Source: a virus
DNA: 64,000 nt
Strand: one strand, 5' to 3'
Virus record (IMG/VR): IMGVR_UViG_3300017774_005745
Coordinates: 132,808-196,807 of that record
Numbering within the stretch: the stretch's first letter is position 1; each line of letters begins with the position of its first letter. Made by a program: the position numbers and the translations under genes. Below, piece by piece: positions 19,062 to 28,071 of the stretch. The notes under the pieces are model-generated. The model did not search any database, was not told where the DNA came from, and saw only the letters and a list, made by a program, of their open reading frames with translations.

Positions 19062-19439
19062 ATGGACATCACGAAACTGAAGCCTCGCCGAGATTGGACC
19101 CTCGTTCTTGCTGACCCGAGAAGAGTAGCAACGCAGGGCGGTATCTTCCTCCCCGGTCATGAGACCGGCGTTGAGAAGGTCACAGAAGGTGCTGGCCTCA
19201 TCATCGCCGTCGGCCCCGGCGAGAAGAACGCAGGTCTCAAGATTGAGAAGGGTGACCGTATCCTCTATCGAGCGTTTCTGAAGCACGCGAATCGGATGGA
19301 GACGGACGAGGTATGGGAGAATGGGGAAGCAAAGTGCTACTTCCTGATGAACTCTGATGATATACTCGGAGTGATGGCTCCAGGAGTTGACGTTGGTGTA
19401 TTTTCCGGACGCCCGGAAAATCGAACGGAAGGAAGATAA
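19062..19439 (+). CDS. groES: GroES/Cpn10-like co-chaperonin
   Basis: LKPRRDWTLV...GGIFLP...G.IIAVGPG...GDRILY...MNSDDILGV. Confidence 0.8.
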   Translation: MDITKLKPRRDWTLVLADPRRVATQGGIFLPGHETGVEKVTEGAGLIIAVGPGEKNAGLKIEKGDRILYRAFLKHANRMETDEVWENGEAKCYFLMNSDDILGVMAPGVDVGVFSGRPENRTEGR

Positions 19440-19441
19440 CC

Positions 19442-19885
19442 ATGGCTTGGATTGTGCTCGACCTCGATAACACTCTTGTCCAGAAGCAGCAGGACCCAAA
19501 CACCGGCATGGATGTGACTTCCCTCGTCGATGGCTCTGTAGAGGCAATGCAGCAACTCGCCTCGGAAGGTCATCGACTCACTGTCCACACTTCGCGCTTC
19601 GCTCCAATGCCGGACGCACGAAGGAACCAACTCAGAGAAGAGATTCACGCTGAGCTTACTGGCTTTGGATTTCCTGAGATGGAAGTCTGGACTGGAACAA
19701 CCAAGCCCGACGCTGACATCTTCATTGGCGGCAATAACGTCTCATTCGAAGGGGATTGGGGAATGGCTCTCGCCCATACTCAGTCCATGCTCGAAGCCCG
19801 TGGCTTGGTCGAGATTCCGATGGACGACGGGATGATGCCTGAAGAAGGGTATCCCGAAGAAGTTCCTCAGGAGGAGATTCAATGA
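19442..19885 (+). CDS. HAD-superfamily phosphatase
   Basis: LDLDNTL (DxDxT), TSR, KP.ADIFI motifs. Confidence 0.75.
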   Translation: MAWIVLDLDNTLVQKQQDPNTGMDVTSLVDGSVEAMQQLASEGHRLTVHTSRFAPMPDARRNQLREEIHAELTGFGFPEMEVWTGTTKPDADIFIGGNNVSFEGDWGMALAHTQSMLEARGLVEIPMDDGMMPEEGYPEEVPQEEIQ

Positions 19886-20442
19886 ACTCGACGATGATGA
19901 ACCCCAAGGCGTGGGTTGAGGTTGTTCCTGATTACATCAACAACGAAGGCCAGCGGTCCGCAGCGAACTACCTCAAGGCAGCTCAGCAATTCGAAGTCGA
20001 GACGAACCCTCGCTACGTGAAGGGTCACGACAATGACCCGAAGAACGGAGAAGAGACGTACTGCAACATCTACCTCTGGGATGTGACCAAGGCGATGGGT
20101 GTTGAAGTGCCTCACTGGGTTGACCTCGCCACTGGGGTGGAAGTCCCTATGGGGAAGGGAAAGGAGCTGAGCGCCAATGGCGTCGTTGACTGGTTCACTA
20201 CTCACGGAATGGCGCACCAGTGGATGCAATGCTCGAAGATGAAAGCAATGCTCCGTGCTTCCATTGGGTATCCTTCTGTCGTTCTTTGGAAGAATCCAGG
20301 CGCTATCGGACACGTGGCAATGGTTCTCCCAGGAGTGGACTTCACTCACATTGCTCAGGCAGGCAGCGTGAACTTCTTTGACGGAGACTTGAAGAGAGGC
20401 TTTGGGAGTGCCGGTCCCTTGCTCTTCTTCACGCACGACTAA
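19882..20442 (+). CDS. NlpC/P60/CHAP-like cysteine hydrolase, possible lysin
   Basis: TYCN and GHVAMV catalytic Cys/His pattern. Confidence 0.6.
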   Translation: MNSTMMNPKAWVEVVPDYINNEGQRSAANYLKAAQQFEVETNPRYVKGHDNDPKNGEETYCNIYLWDVTKAMGVEVPHWVDLATGVEVPMGKGKELSANGVVDWFTTHGMAHQWMQCSKMKAMLRASIGYPSVVLWKNPGAIGHVAMVLPGVDFTHIAQAGSVNFFDGDLKRGFGSAGPLLFFTHD

Positions 20443-20585
20443 TGAACGAGAGAGCGCGTCTGAACGTCAGAATCCCCGCTGACCTTCTTGAGTGGGCAAA
20501 GAAGTACGCCAAGAAAAAGAATACGACCGTCACTCAACTACTCATTGATTTCTTGACGAGAGAACGAGAGGCGTCCAATGGCTAA
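20442..20585 (+). CDS. Ribbon-helix-helix (Arc/CopG-like) protein, 47 aa, absent from the ORF track
   Basis: Manual translation MNERARLNVRIPADLLEWAKKYAKKKNTTVTQLLIDFLTRE. Confidence 0.7.
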   Translation: MNERARLNVRIPADLLEWAKKYAKKKNTTVTQLLIDFLTREREASNG

Positions 20586-21129
20586 CCCTCCCTCCATTGG
20601 AGACTCGAAGACGAAGTTTCAACGTATTCGACAGATGTACGACTTGCCGACGGATAGAGAGTCAATCGTAAAGAGAGTCCAGTCCATCCTGGAACTGGGA
20701 GGGGTTCAGAAACTCTCCATCGAACTCGGCCATCCGATTCAAGTTGAGCGGTTGATAAAGCCAGGAGCAGAGACACCTCAAGAGCTTCCAGAAGAGTCTG
20801 AGTTTGCCCGTGCGATGAGCTCTGAGATTACGGACCTTCCTGTCGATGGGTTGGATCCCTTCACGTATCTCTTCAGTGCGTTTCAGACTATCTCCGCCAA
20901 GCAGATGAGAGCAGTTGTCTTCCTGGTCGCGGATACGAATGTCGTCAAGAAGTGGTTGTCCTTGCCGAGCATGGTCGTTCTGACGGAGTTGTTCGGTGTT
21001 CGAGTACACGTAGAATCACAAGTCCCACGTGATGTAATCCTCATGGTCGCAGAAGAGTTAGACACAGACTCGCCGAGTACCTTGTCAGTTCGACTCGTAA
21101 TGGATGATGTAAAAGGAAAGAAGAAATGA
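20578..21129 (+). CDS. Hypothetical protein
   Basis: ORF track. Confidence 0.65.
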   Translation: MANPPSIGDSKTKFQRIRQMYDLPTDRESIVKRVQSILELGGVQKLSIELGHPIQVERLIKPGAETPQELPEESEFARAMSSEITDLPVDGLDPFTYLFSAFQTISAKQMRAVVFLVADTNVVKKWLSLPSMVVLTELFGVRVHVESQVPRDVILMVAEELDTDSPSTLSVRLVMDDVKGKKK

Positions 21130-21659
21130 AACCAATCGTCGAGAAGATTCTAAAGAGCGGGCTCGTTGATAAGGGAATGGTCGAGCTTCTGGAGAAGTGG
21201 GGAAACCTCCCGAACGGTTCATCAGACTTGGTCGACAACGATGCTCTGGTGAATGCGACCCGAGTTCAGCTTCAGAAGATGGCTCAGGAGTTCGGAGACG
21301 CAGTATCAGACCTTCAGTTGATTCGAGAGACTCAGCTGGACCTCGACCGTCTCCGCTGGCCTACGAAGGTCACGATTCAGGAGAAGAACGTCTTCGACAT
21401 CCCTGCAGTAATGGACCGAATGGGTCGTCTCTACTTTCGAATTCAAGACGTGAGAGAGGACTGGTTTGTTCCTGGTTACCTCATCACTCGAAAGCAATTC
21501 AAGCCAGAAGAGGGCCTTGAGATGCTCGTTTGGGAGCGGATCCTCGAATCAACCGTACTGTTTACTGGTGAGAGCAAGATCGCAGTTCAAGTGACCGTTG
21601 CCCCGTCGGAGTTGGTTGAGACTTCCTTGCCTAAGGAGAACGACAATGGCTCAGTGTGA
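21126..21659 (+). CDS. Hypothetical protein
   Basis: ORF track, coupled. Confidence 0.65.
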   Translation: MKPIVEKILKSGLVDKGMVELLEKWGNLPNGSSDLVDNDALVNATRVQLQKMAQEFGDAVSDLQLIRETQLDLDRLRWPTKVTIQEKNVFDIPAVMDRMGRLYFRIQDVREDWFVPGYLITRKQFKPEEGLEMLVWERILESTVLFTGESKIAVQVTVAPSELVETSLPKENDNGSV

Positions 21660-21963
21660 GAACTGTGGCTCCAAGGGCCATGACATGCGGGACATGGCCT
21701 CTGACGCCGAGAAGAAGATGTTCATCGGCCCTTGCTGTGTGAGTGCGAACAGCGCTCAGATGTTCGAGAAGTCAGAACTGCACTATGGATTGGAGATTTC
21801 GTCTCACATGGGCGTTCGGGCGTATGCTACGTACAACGGACTTTCCGTTGAGTTCAAGAAGAGCAAAGAGGAGATTCAAACATGGCTCCAAGAGACGAAA
21901 GAGGAAGTCCAGCCGAATCCAGTGGAGAGCCAGACGAGCAGCGAGAGCCAGATCCGGAATTGA
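21646..21963 (+). CDS. Hypothetical protein
   Basis: ATG at 21646 with RBS AAGGAG. Confidence 0.55.
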   Translation: MAQCENCGSKGHDMRDMASDAEKKMFIGPCCVSANSAQMFEKSELHYGLEISSHMGVRAYATYNGLSVEFKKSKEEIQTWLQETKEEVQPNPVESQTSSESQIRN

Positions 21964-22089
21964 TATCTCCAGAAGACCTCTCCTCTGCCCCGAAGGACAG
22001 CCTCCTTCAAGAGCTTCTGGGATTCAACACTTCAGACATCGAGACAAACTCCCCAACATGGGCGTCGGTATTTCGAAACGAGCAAAAAG

Positions 22090-22380
22090 ATGAACCTGAG
22101 CCAGACGGAAGTTCGAGCTGAGATTGCGGAGAAGTCTCGCGACCTGGAGGTGTTCGTAGAGGCGCGGAGACTGATTCGACAGAGAGTAATCGAAGTCTCG
22201 GATTCAGAGAGTAGCCTTACTCCGTTGGTACGTTGGTCCGGAACAGATGCAGTGCTTGGTACGCTCGACCTGTGCATCCACTCAATGGAACGCACCATCG
22301 AAGAGTTGAAGGGTATTCTATCGCGTCTTGACTCCGAGACCCCTTTCTTGAGGCTTGTTGGGAATGAAGAAAAAAACTGA
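22090..22380 (+). CDS. Coiled-coil hypothetical protein
   Basis: ORF track. Confidence 0.55.
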   Translation: MNLSQTEVRAEIAEKSRDLEVFVEARRLIRQRVIEVSDSESSLTPLVRWSGTDAVLGTLDLCIHSMERTIEELKGILSRLDSETPFLRLVGNEEKN

Positions 22381-22903
22381 AGAAGAAGTCGCAGAGGCAC
22401 TCCGACAGTCTCAGATGGTGGAGCCAGTGTCTTCTGATAGGACCTGGTCTGGGTGGGCCTTCTTGTGCAGGCTACTGCCCGGCCAGGAGAAGAACTGGCT
22501 GAAGACCGTTGAGAACATTCTCCGTTGGGCATCGAAGAGAGACCATACGGAGCTCTTCATTGCTCGACAGTACCTTCTCAAGAACGACAAGGTCGTGTTC
22601 GGTTGGTTCGTAGAGCTGAAAGTCAAGAACGCGAAGGAATTGAAGGAAGCGTCAGACGGCTTCTGCGCTCTACTGAAGCGTTCGGAGAAGGTCGAGGTTC
22701 CGAAGAGGAAGCCATCAGCGAATAGCCCTCGACTGACTGTAGTGAGCTCGTCCAAGGACTCAAAAGGTAATGTGGTCGAAGAAGTAACGATGCCTTTGCC
22801 TAACATGAGCGGTAAAGATATGAACGTTCCTTCCAAGCCTATCTGGAACGAGAATCTCGGAAGATTCGTTGGCGGACAAAAAGGTGCGAAAGGTATTTCA
22901 TGA
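22364..22903 (+). CDS. Hypothetical protein
   Basis: ATG at 22364. Confidence 0.6.
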   Translation: MKKKTEEEVAEALRQSQMVEPVSSDRTWSGWAFLCRLLPGQEKNWLKTVENILRWASKRDHTELFIARQYLLKNDKVVFGWFVELKVKNAKELKEASDGFCALLKRSEKVEVPKRKPSANSPRLTVVSSSKDSKGNVVEEVTMPLPNMSGKDMNVPSKPIWNENLGRFVGGQKGAKGIS

Positions 22904-23565
22904 AGCCGACAAGCTTTGACCCATCTATCTCGGAGTCTCACGTTGACTTCGACAAGCTCTCAGACCCTCGCGTCCGTGAGGCTACTGAACGAGCCCGTAA
23001 GACGCAGGATTCGTCCCCAGATGCGCTTGAGAAACGTCTCGGATCCACTCCAGAGATTCGAGCGAAGTACAAGATTGAGGTGATGTTCGACCAGCATCGA
23101 ACCTCTGTCGGTCCCAACCTCCTGGGTCTCCAGATTTGGGAGAGCGGGAAGAAGTTCCATGGAGGAGGAGATGAGCTTCTCTATTGGTGCATGGACACAG
23201 AGTCCAACCAAGGGTGCAAGCAGCCCATTCCTGGGAACTTCGTCAAGGGACCTGTAGGAGTCTGTCCCTCGTGCAACAAGGGAATCCTGATGGAGCGTGC
23301 CGCCCACATTCGAGTCCTACGAGTGACTACAAAGGTCCTTGCAGATGAGATTGTGAACGTGTTCCGCTCTCTCAACTCTAACGCAGACATCTATCTCAAG
23401 TACGCGAAAACGGATGCCCACTACATGGCAATGGCGCGTTCAAAGGGTCCAGATGTAGCGAGGCGTTTGAAGGGTATGCACATCTATCCTCTTAAGAATA
23501 TCTTGAAGGATACGTCTTCCGGTGCAGACCTTTCTAACCGTTTCTACGCCTTCTTGACTTCGTGA
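22900..23565 (+). CDS. Hypothetical protein with Cys cluster
   Basis: ORF track. Confidence 0.65.
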   Translation: MKPTSFDPSISESHVDFDKLSDPRVREATERARKTQDSSPDALEKRLGSTPEIRAKYKIEVMFDQHRTSVGPNLLGLQIWESGKKFHGGGDELLYWCMDTESNQGCKQPIPGNFVKGPVGVCPSCNKGILMERAAHIRVLRVTTKVLADEIVNVFRSLNSNADIYLKYAKTDAHYMAMARSKGPDVARRLKGMHIYPLKNILKDTSSGADLSNRFYAFLTS

Positions 23566-23569
23566 CGCC

Positions 23570-24346
23570 ATGCTTCAACCGCTACTCCCATCTTTCCTCA
23601 GCGAGCTTGAGAAGATTGCGGCTGACGGAGATTTGGTTCTGTATCATGGGACCAAGCCCTCCCTCATTCCCAAAATTCTGAAGGAGGGTCTAAATCCAGA
23701 GATGATGGGCACTGGATGGGAAGGAGCCCCTACCGAAAGGGAAGGTAAGGCAACGTCTCTATCCTCTCTTAGGCACCACGCTGCTGCCTACTCTGGTCTC
23801 GGAGCAAGGTCGGATGGGACAGGCTTCTTGAGCAGCCTCTTCGGTAAGCATCCTGTGTTGGAGATTAGAATTCCGAAGAACTCCGTGCTTCTGAAAACAA
23901 TTAAGCAACAGATAGCAGGAGATGGGAGAGGTGGCTTCGACGAATGGCACTCGTCGAAGGTGATACCACCCAGATTCATTAAGAAGCTGTCTTCGGTGCA
24001 AGAGCGTCCCGAGTTCCCGAAGTCTGTCCGTGAGAGATTCTCGATAACCAGTTGGGGTGACTTCGAAGAAGCACTCAAGCGTCCTGCATTTCAGAGGAAG
24101 GCTCTCGCCTCTACCGAAGACCCAAGGCTGAAGTCGTACATCGAGAATCTCTCCCTCCTGCACAATTCAAAACAGACGAAAGCCACCATCGGCAGTTTCG
24201 CGAATCCCGCGAAGGAGTTTGAAATCAAGAAACTCCGGAACGGTCGATTCGGGTGCTCGTGTAACGACTGGAGATACGTTCGGTCGGTTAACGGGACAGA
24301 CTGCAAGCACATCAAGAGATACAAAGAACACGTAGGAGCAACGTGA
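23570..24346 (+). CDS. ADP-ribosyltransferase-like (H-Y-E, Tpt1/PARP-like) domain plus C-terminal SWIM finger; N-terminal FxxELxKIA motif
   Basis: LYHGT...ILKEGL, AAAY, DEW, IPPRFI; CSCNDW...CKH. Confidence 0.7.
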   Translation: MLQPLLPSFLSELEKIAADGDLVLYHGTKPSLIPKILKEGLNPEMMGTGWEGAPTEREGKATSLSSLRHHAAAYSGLGARSDGTGFLSSLFGKHPVLEIRIPKNSVLLKTIKQQIAGDGRGGFDEWHSSKVIPPRFIKKLSSVQERPEFPKSVRERFSITSWGDFEEALKRPAFQRKALASTEDPRLKSYIENLSLLHNSKQTKATIGSFANPAKEFEIKKLRNGRFGCSCNDWRYVRSVNGTDCKHIKRYKEHVGAT

Positions 24347-24347
24347 C

Positions 24348-24935
24348 ATGGCTATTCCTAAGGAAGAGGAACAGGCCAACGCGAACAAGAAGAGGATAGA
24401 CGACCTGACGTCTGTTCTTTTAGGGCTCGACCGTGCTTCGATTACAGAGCAGGCGTCCAAAGTCGCCAAGCACATTCAGAAGCCATTTCAGATTGTAGTG
24501 TGCGGGGCCGCTGGAGCTTCCAAGACTACTTTCTCCAATGCTCTCAGTTCTGTCTTAGATATTCCTTCTTTTGATTTCGATGAGTACATCCAAGGCGGAT
24601 GGACACAAGATAAAGCGAAGTACCAGGGTAGGATTCTCGACGGTCTCGACTCTCTCTGGGATGACCTGTCGAAGGCTTGGATTGTTGAGCATGTAGAAGC
24701 TTGCTCTCCTACCTTTCTACGTTCTCTAGACCCTAAATGGGCGATTCACCTACGTCCGGAAAAAGAACAACTGAAAGCAGTTGCGCAGACCCGAGACTTG
24801 GTATCGAATGAGTCAGACGGAGTACGTGCGCAACGAGCGATATCAACTTCCAGAACTTCTCTTACCCACTTCGAGTCCGCCCCAGGTAACGTAGTTGCTT
24901 CCGGTACTGGTTGGGTTCTAAAGGAACTCCGATGA
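24348..24935 (+). CDS. P-loop NMP kinase-like protein
   Basis: IVVCGAAGASKTT Walker A; WIVEH. Confidence 0.65.
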   Translation: MAIPKEEEQANANKKRIDDLTSVLLGLDRASITEQASKVAKHIQKPFQIVVCGAAGASKTTFSNALSSVLDIPSFDFDEYIQGGWTQDKAKYQGRILDGLDSLWDDLSKAWIVEHVEACSPTFLRSLDPKWAIHLRPEKEQLKAVAQTRDLVSNESDGVRAQRAISTSRTSLTHFESAPGNVVASGTGWVLKELR

Positions 24936-25819
24936 ACTCTGAAACCTTTCTATCCTTCTCAGACGAGCTTCAGAAGATTGCTGCTCGTCGAGGGCTAAAA
25001 GAAATCAGAAAAGCTGTCGCAGGAGGTAACATCGAGAGAGCAAGCTCTCTTGCAAAGACTCCTGGAGTGCTGAAGCCAACAGCCCACGGTTCTGAGATTA
25101 AAGACCTGGGCCACGGCGGGGAGGGACTGGCGACTATGGTCGCCCACCCTCAACACGGCGTTGCGGTAAGAAAAATCTACAATCCAAATGCCGTTACTGA
25201 TAAGCTCGTTGCGCGTAAAGAGCGAGCAGCGGAGCTTACGAAGAACAATCCGAACGTCGCTAAAACATACAGCGCCTCTAACACTCCAGGAGGTAGCCGT
25301 GCCCATATGATGGAGTACGTGCATGGCTCCGAAGTAAAGCCATCTCCTCAGAACTACCAAGCAGTAAAGAACACCCGTCAGTCTCTTCAGAAAGACCTCA
25401 AACGAGGTGGAATGGTAGCTCAAGATGTTCGACCGCAGAACATGATTCAAACTCCCTCCGGTCAAGCAAAGCTCGTAGATTACATCCCAGGAAAGACTGG
25501 TGACTTCGAGTCTGGGAACACCCGTAATCGAGTAAACCAGCAACTCAAGGCGCAGGGACAGTCTACTCTTCCAAAGAGTGCAATCTTAGGCACTAACCAA
25601 GCTCCAGAGATGCTGAAGGGAGTTTCGTCCCACATGACTTCATCTGGACTTCTCAAAGGACAGGCATTTAGAGGAGCAACTCCTGGACACGCAATGCCGC
25701 GTGGCAATACCGCTGCGACGAAGGTCACTCCAATGCCCTCTGCCGCCCCTCCAGTCCCTCCTGCACCAGCAGCAAATTTAAATGCTCCAACAAGGGCGGT
25801 AAGAGCTCCTCGAATCTAA
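24932..25819 (+). CDS. Protein kinase-like protein; N-terminal FxxELxKIA motif
   Basis: LGHGGEG, VRK, MEYVHG, DVRPQN, KLVDY; ATG at 24932 with RBS. Confidence 0.7.
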   Translation: MNSETFLSFSDELQKIAARRGLKEIRKAVAGGNIERASSLAKTPGVLKPTAHGSEIKDLGHGGEGLATMVAHPQHGVAVRKIYNPNAVTDKLVARKERAAELTKNNPNVAKTYSASNTPGGSRAHMMEYVHGSEVKPSPQNYQAVKNTRQSLQKDLKRGGMVAQDVRPQNMIQTPSGQAKLVDYIPGKTGDFESGNTRNRVNQQLKAQGQSTLPKSAILGTNQAPEMLKGVSSHMTSSGLLKGQAFRGATPGHAMPRGNTAATKVTPMPSAAPPVPPAPAANLNAPTRAVRAPRI

Positions 25820-25952
25820 AAACACCCACATCCATCATCCCATGGTTGGTCCTGTCACCGATGTGGGTGGTCACTTCTTCGTAGAGGTGCGCACGTAGTT
25901 AGAAGCAACATTCTTCTACTTCCTTTTACCTTTCTTTCTCGGAAATTAGTGC

Positions 25953-26222
25953 ATGAAAACTTTCAAAGAAACACTCGAAGAAGTAAGACGCCTCAAAGGC
26001 AGAAGGATTGTCTTGCGTCATCTCGCCGACCTTTTGGAGAGCGAGTTCCTCGCCGCTTCAGATGAAGCACTACCGAAACATCTCCTACTGTCCGAAGATA
26101 AGGTTCCAGTCAGTGCTGATGTATTTGACAGCGTAGTTGCAGACCTGTTGAGCGAAATAAAAGACATTGAAGACAAAGTTCATGATATCGATCAACTCAC
26201 TCTAACGCCCCCTAAGGGGTAA
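25953..26222 (+). CDS. Hypothetical protein
   Basis: ORF track. Confidence 0.55.
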   Translation: MKTFKETLEEVRRLKGRRIVLRHLADLLESEFLAASDEALPKHLLLSEDKVPVSADVFDSVVADLLSEIKDIEDKVHDIDQLTLTPPKG

Positions 26223-26235
26223 CACAGGATACACC

Positions 26236-26775
26236 ATGTCAGATTCACGAGCACTCGGGGTTGTCTCACTGAAGAACAATATCGACGCGAAGAGACAGGC
26301 CATTCGTGAAGAGAAGAAGCGCCGCCTGATGAACAAGGGAATTAGCGAGGAGCGCGCTGAGGAGATGGTCTCCATGCAGGAGCATGACAACGTCTCGGAC
26401 GAGAAGAAGATTACACGTCTTGAGAACCTCTTCATCCAGACGTTCCAGGGCCTCCAGAGAGACATCCTTGCCCTCCGCCACAATGACGGCGTCATTGCAG
26501 ATGCGATGGACATCAACCTCAAGGCAATGTCCAAGAGCCTGGAGAAGGCAGGAGTCAGCAAGGAGCAGCAGGGCGAGATTATCAAGGAAGTAGAGATGGA
26601 GCTGCGTGAAGAGCAGCGGAAGAAGCTTGAGGCCCAAGAGATGGCTCGAAAGATGTCAGAAGACCAGCTTGAGAAGGAGCGTATGGACGCTCTTGCGAAG
26701 GAAGATAAGGGTCTCCAGACTTCCGAGCCAGAGGGTTCTGAGATTCCGACGGAAGCTTCTGTCTTCGGGGGCTAA
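26236..26775 (+). CDS. Coiled-coil hypothetical protein
   Basis: ORF track. Confidence 0.65.
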   Translation: MSDSRALGVVSLKNNIDAKRQAIREEKKRRLMNKGISEERAEEMVSMQEHDNVSDEKKITRLENLFIQTFQGLQRDILALRHNDGVIADAMDINLKAMSKSLEKAGVSKEQQGEIIKEVEMELREEQRKKLEAQEMARKMSEDQLEKERMDALAKEDKGLQTSEPEGSEIPTEASVFGG

Positions 26776-26776
26776 A

Positions 26777-26808
26777 AAAGAAGGGCCTCCAAAAGAGGCC
26801 CCCTTTCT
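26777..26808. terminator. Bidirectional terminator between convergent blocks
   Basis: aagaagggcctc-caaaa-gaggccccctttct. Confidence 0.55.
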
Positions 26809-27857
26809 TAATCTACTGTAACCGTTCTCTTGTACTCAGTGAGATTGACCATCGCTTCCTGGCCCTTCTCTTCTGCAATCTCGTCGATAGCGAACTCGCT
26901 CAACGAGGCGAGAACTTCCTTGAGGCCCTCTTTGGCGGCCTCAGTCGAGTTGATGCCAGCCGCACTCTTCTCGAAGTCAATCTTTCCATCACTGAGGTAG
27001 GCGTACTTCTGTTTCAAGTCGTCCAGTACCTTGGTGATGTCTGATTTTCCGAAGTCCAGTGCCTTGAACGTTTCAAAGGCATCAAACAGCGGCTTGAGAT
27101 TCTTCGGGTTGAGCTTCCCCTGCTTCTTCAGGAGCTCATTGGCGTGCGCAGCAGCCTCGCCAAGCGCTTTGTGCATCAACACGGCAGTCTCTTGAATCCA
27201 CTCCTGCAAGTCTCCCTGGAGCTTCTTGTGAGCCTCCAAGGCCTGCTCAGGGCTAACAGCAGTGAGGGAATCAGCCGCAGACACCTTGAAGAGACGCCAC
27301 TCGAACCTGAACTTCTCCTGGAGCTTATCCTCCGTTGGGAATGCGTTCTTGTTCTTTTGATACTGGCGGTCTCTCCAGTCTTTGATGGCGTCTTCCGCTT
27401 CCTTCTTTTTGACAGGGTCAGGGTCTGCGAGCTTTGACAGCTTCTCATCGGCGAGCAAGTCTGCCTGCTCGTTGAGGACGTTGGTCTGCTTGTCTCTGAG
27501 CTCAGGGTAGTTCTTCAGGAACTGTTCCACTTCTTCGTGGTACTTTCCTTTGAGGTCCGTGAGCTTCTTTTGAAGACTCTCTAGGACTGGATATCGAACA
27601 AAACGTGCTCCAGCAATGGGGAAATCTGCGGAGCACGTCATGAGAGCGGAGCGGGCGGCACTTTCAATCTTCTGGATCTTCTCGATTGATTCCTTCGGCA
27701 TCAACTTCTTGTGTCCCAGGTGGAACGCATTTGGGTTGATTTGATGAAGGAACAAATCATCTTTATCCAGCTTCTTGTGTGCCGCCCATCTCCCGATATC
27801 GAGGTCGAAGAGAATTCCCTGCTTGAAGAGAACATCTTCGATACTCTGGTCGCTCAT
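26808..27857 (-). CDS. DUF3150-like protein
   Basis: ILFDLDIGRWAAHKKL...LGHKKLMP...IESAAR; module context. Confidence 0.6.
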   Translation of the reverse strand: MSDQSIEDVLFKQGILFDLDIGRWAAHKKLDKDDLFLHQINPNAFHLGHKKLMPKESIEKIQKIESAARSALMTCSADFPIAGARFVRYPVLESLQKKLTDLKGKYHEEVEQFLKNYPELRDKQTNVLNEQADLLADEKLSKLADPDPVKKKEAEDAIKDWRDRQYQKNKNAFPTEDKLQEKFRFEWRLFKVSAADSLTAVSPEQALEAHKKLQGDLQEWIQETAVLMHKALGEAAAHANELLKKQGKLNPKNLKPLFDAFETFKALDFGKSDITKVLDDLKQKYAYLSDGKIDFEKSAAGINSTEAAKEGLKEVLASLSEFAIDEIAEEKGQEAMVNLTEYKRTVTVD

Positions 27858-28063
27858 TTTCTTCCGATCGTTACCTTCTCAGCCTGCGGTGCGATGGAGG
27901 CTTCCGGGAGCTTCTCTTTGGAGACGACCACGCCGAGCGCCTTCTCAAGCGCTTCCGTCTCCTTCAGGCAGCTCCCATCCTTGAACCCCTTGATGGGCTC
28001 GATGTCAGTGTTGCCACTCCCATCGTTTGGAATGGTGACACAGATGACCTTCTCAGTTGCCAT
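27854..28063 (-). CDS. DUF2997-like small protein
   Basis: I.NDG.......GF.DGSC...T.ALE.ALG.V. Confidence 0.7.
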   Translation of the reverse strand: MATEKVICVTIPNDGSGNTDIEPIKGFKDGSCLKETEALEKALGVVVSKEKLPEASIAPQAEKVTIGRK

Positions 28064-28071
28064 GTTTTACC

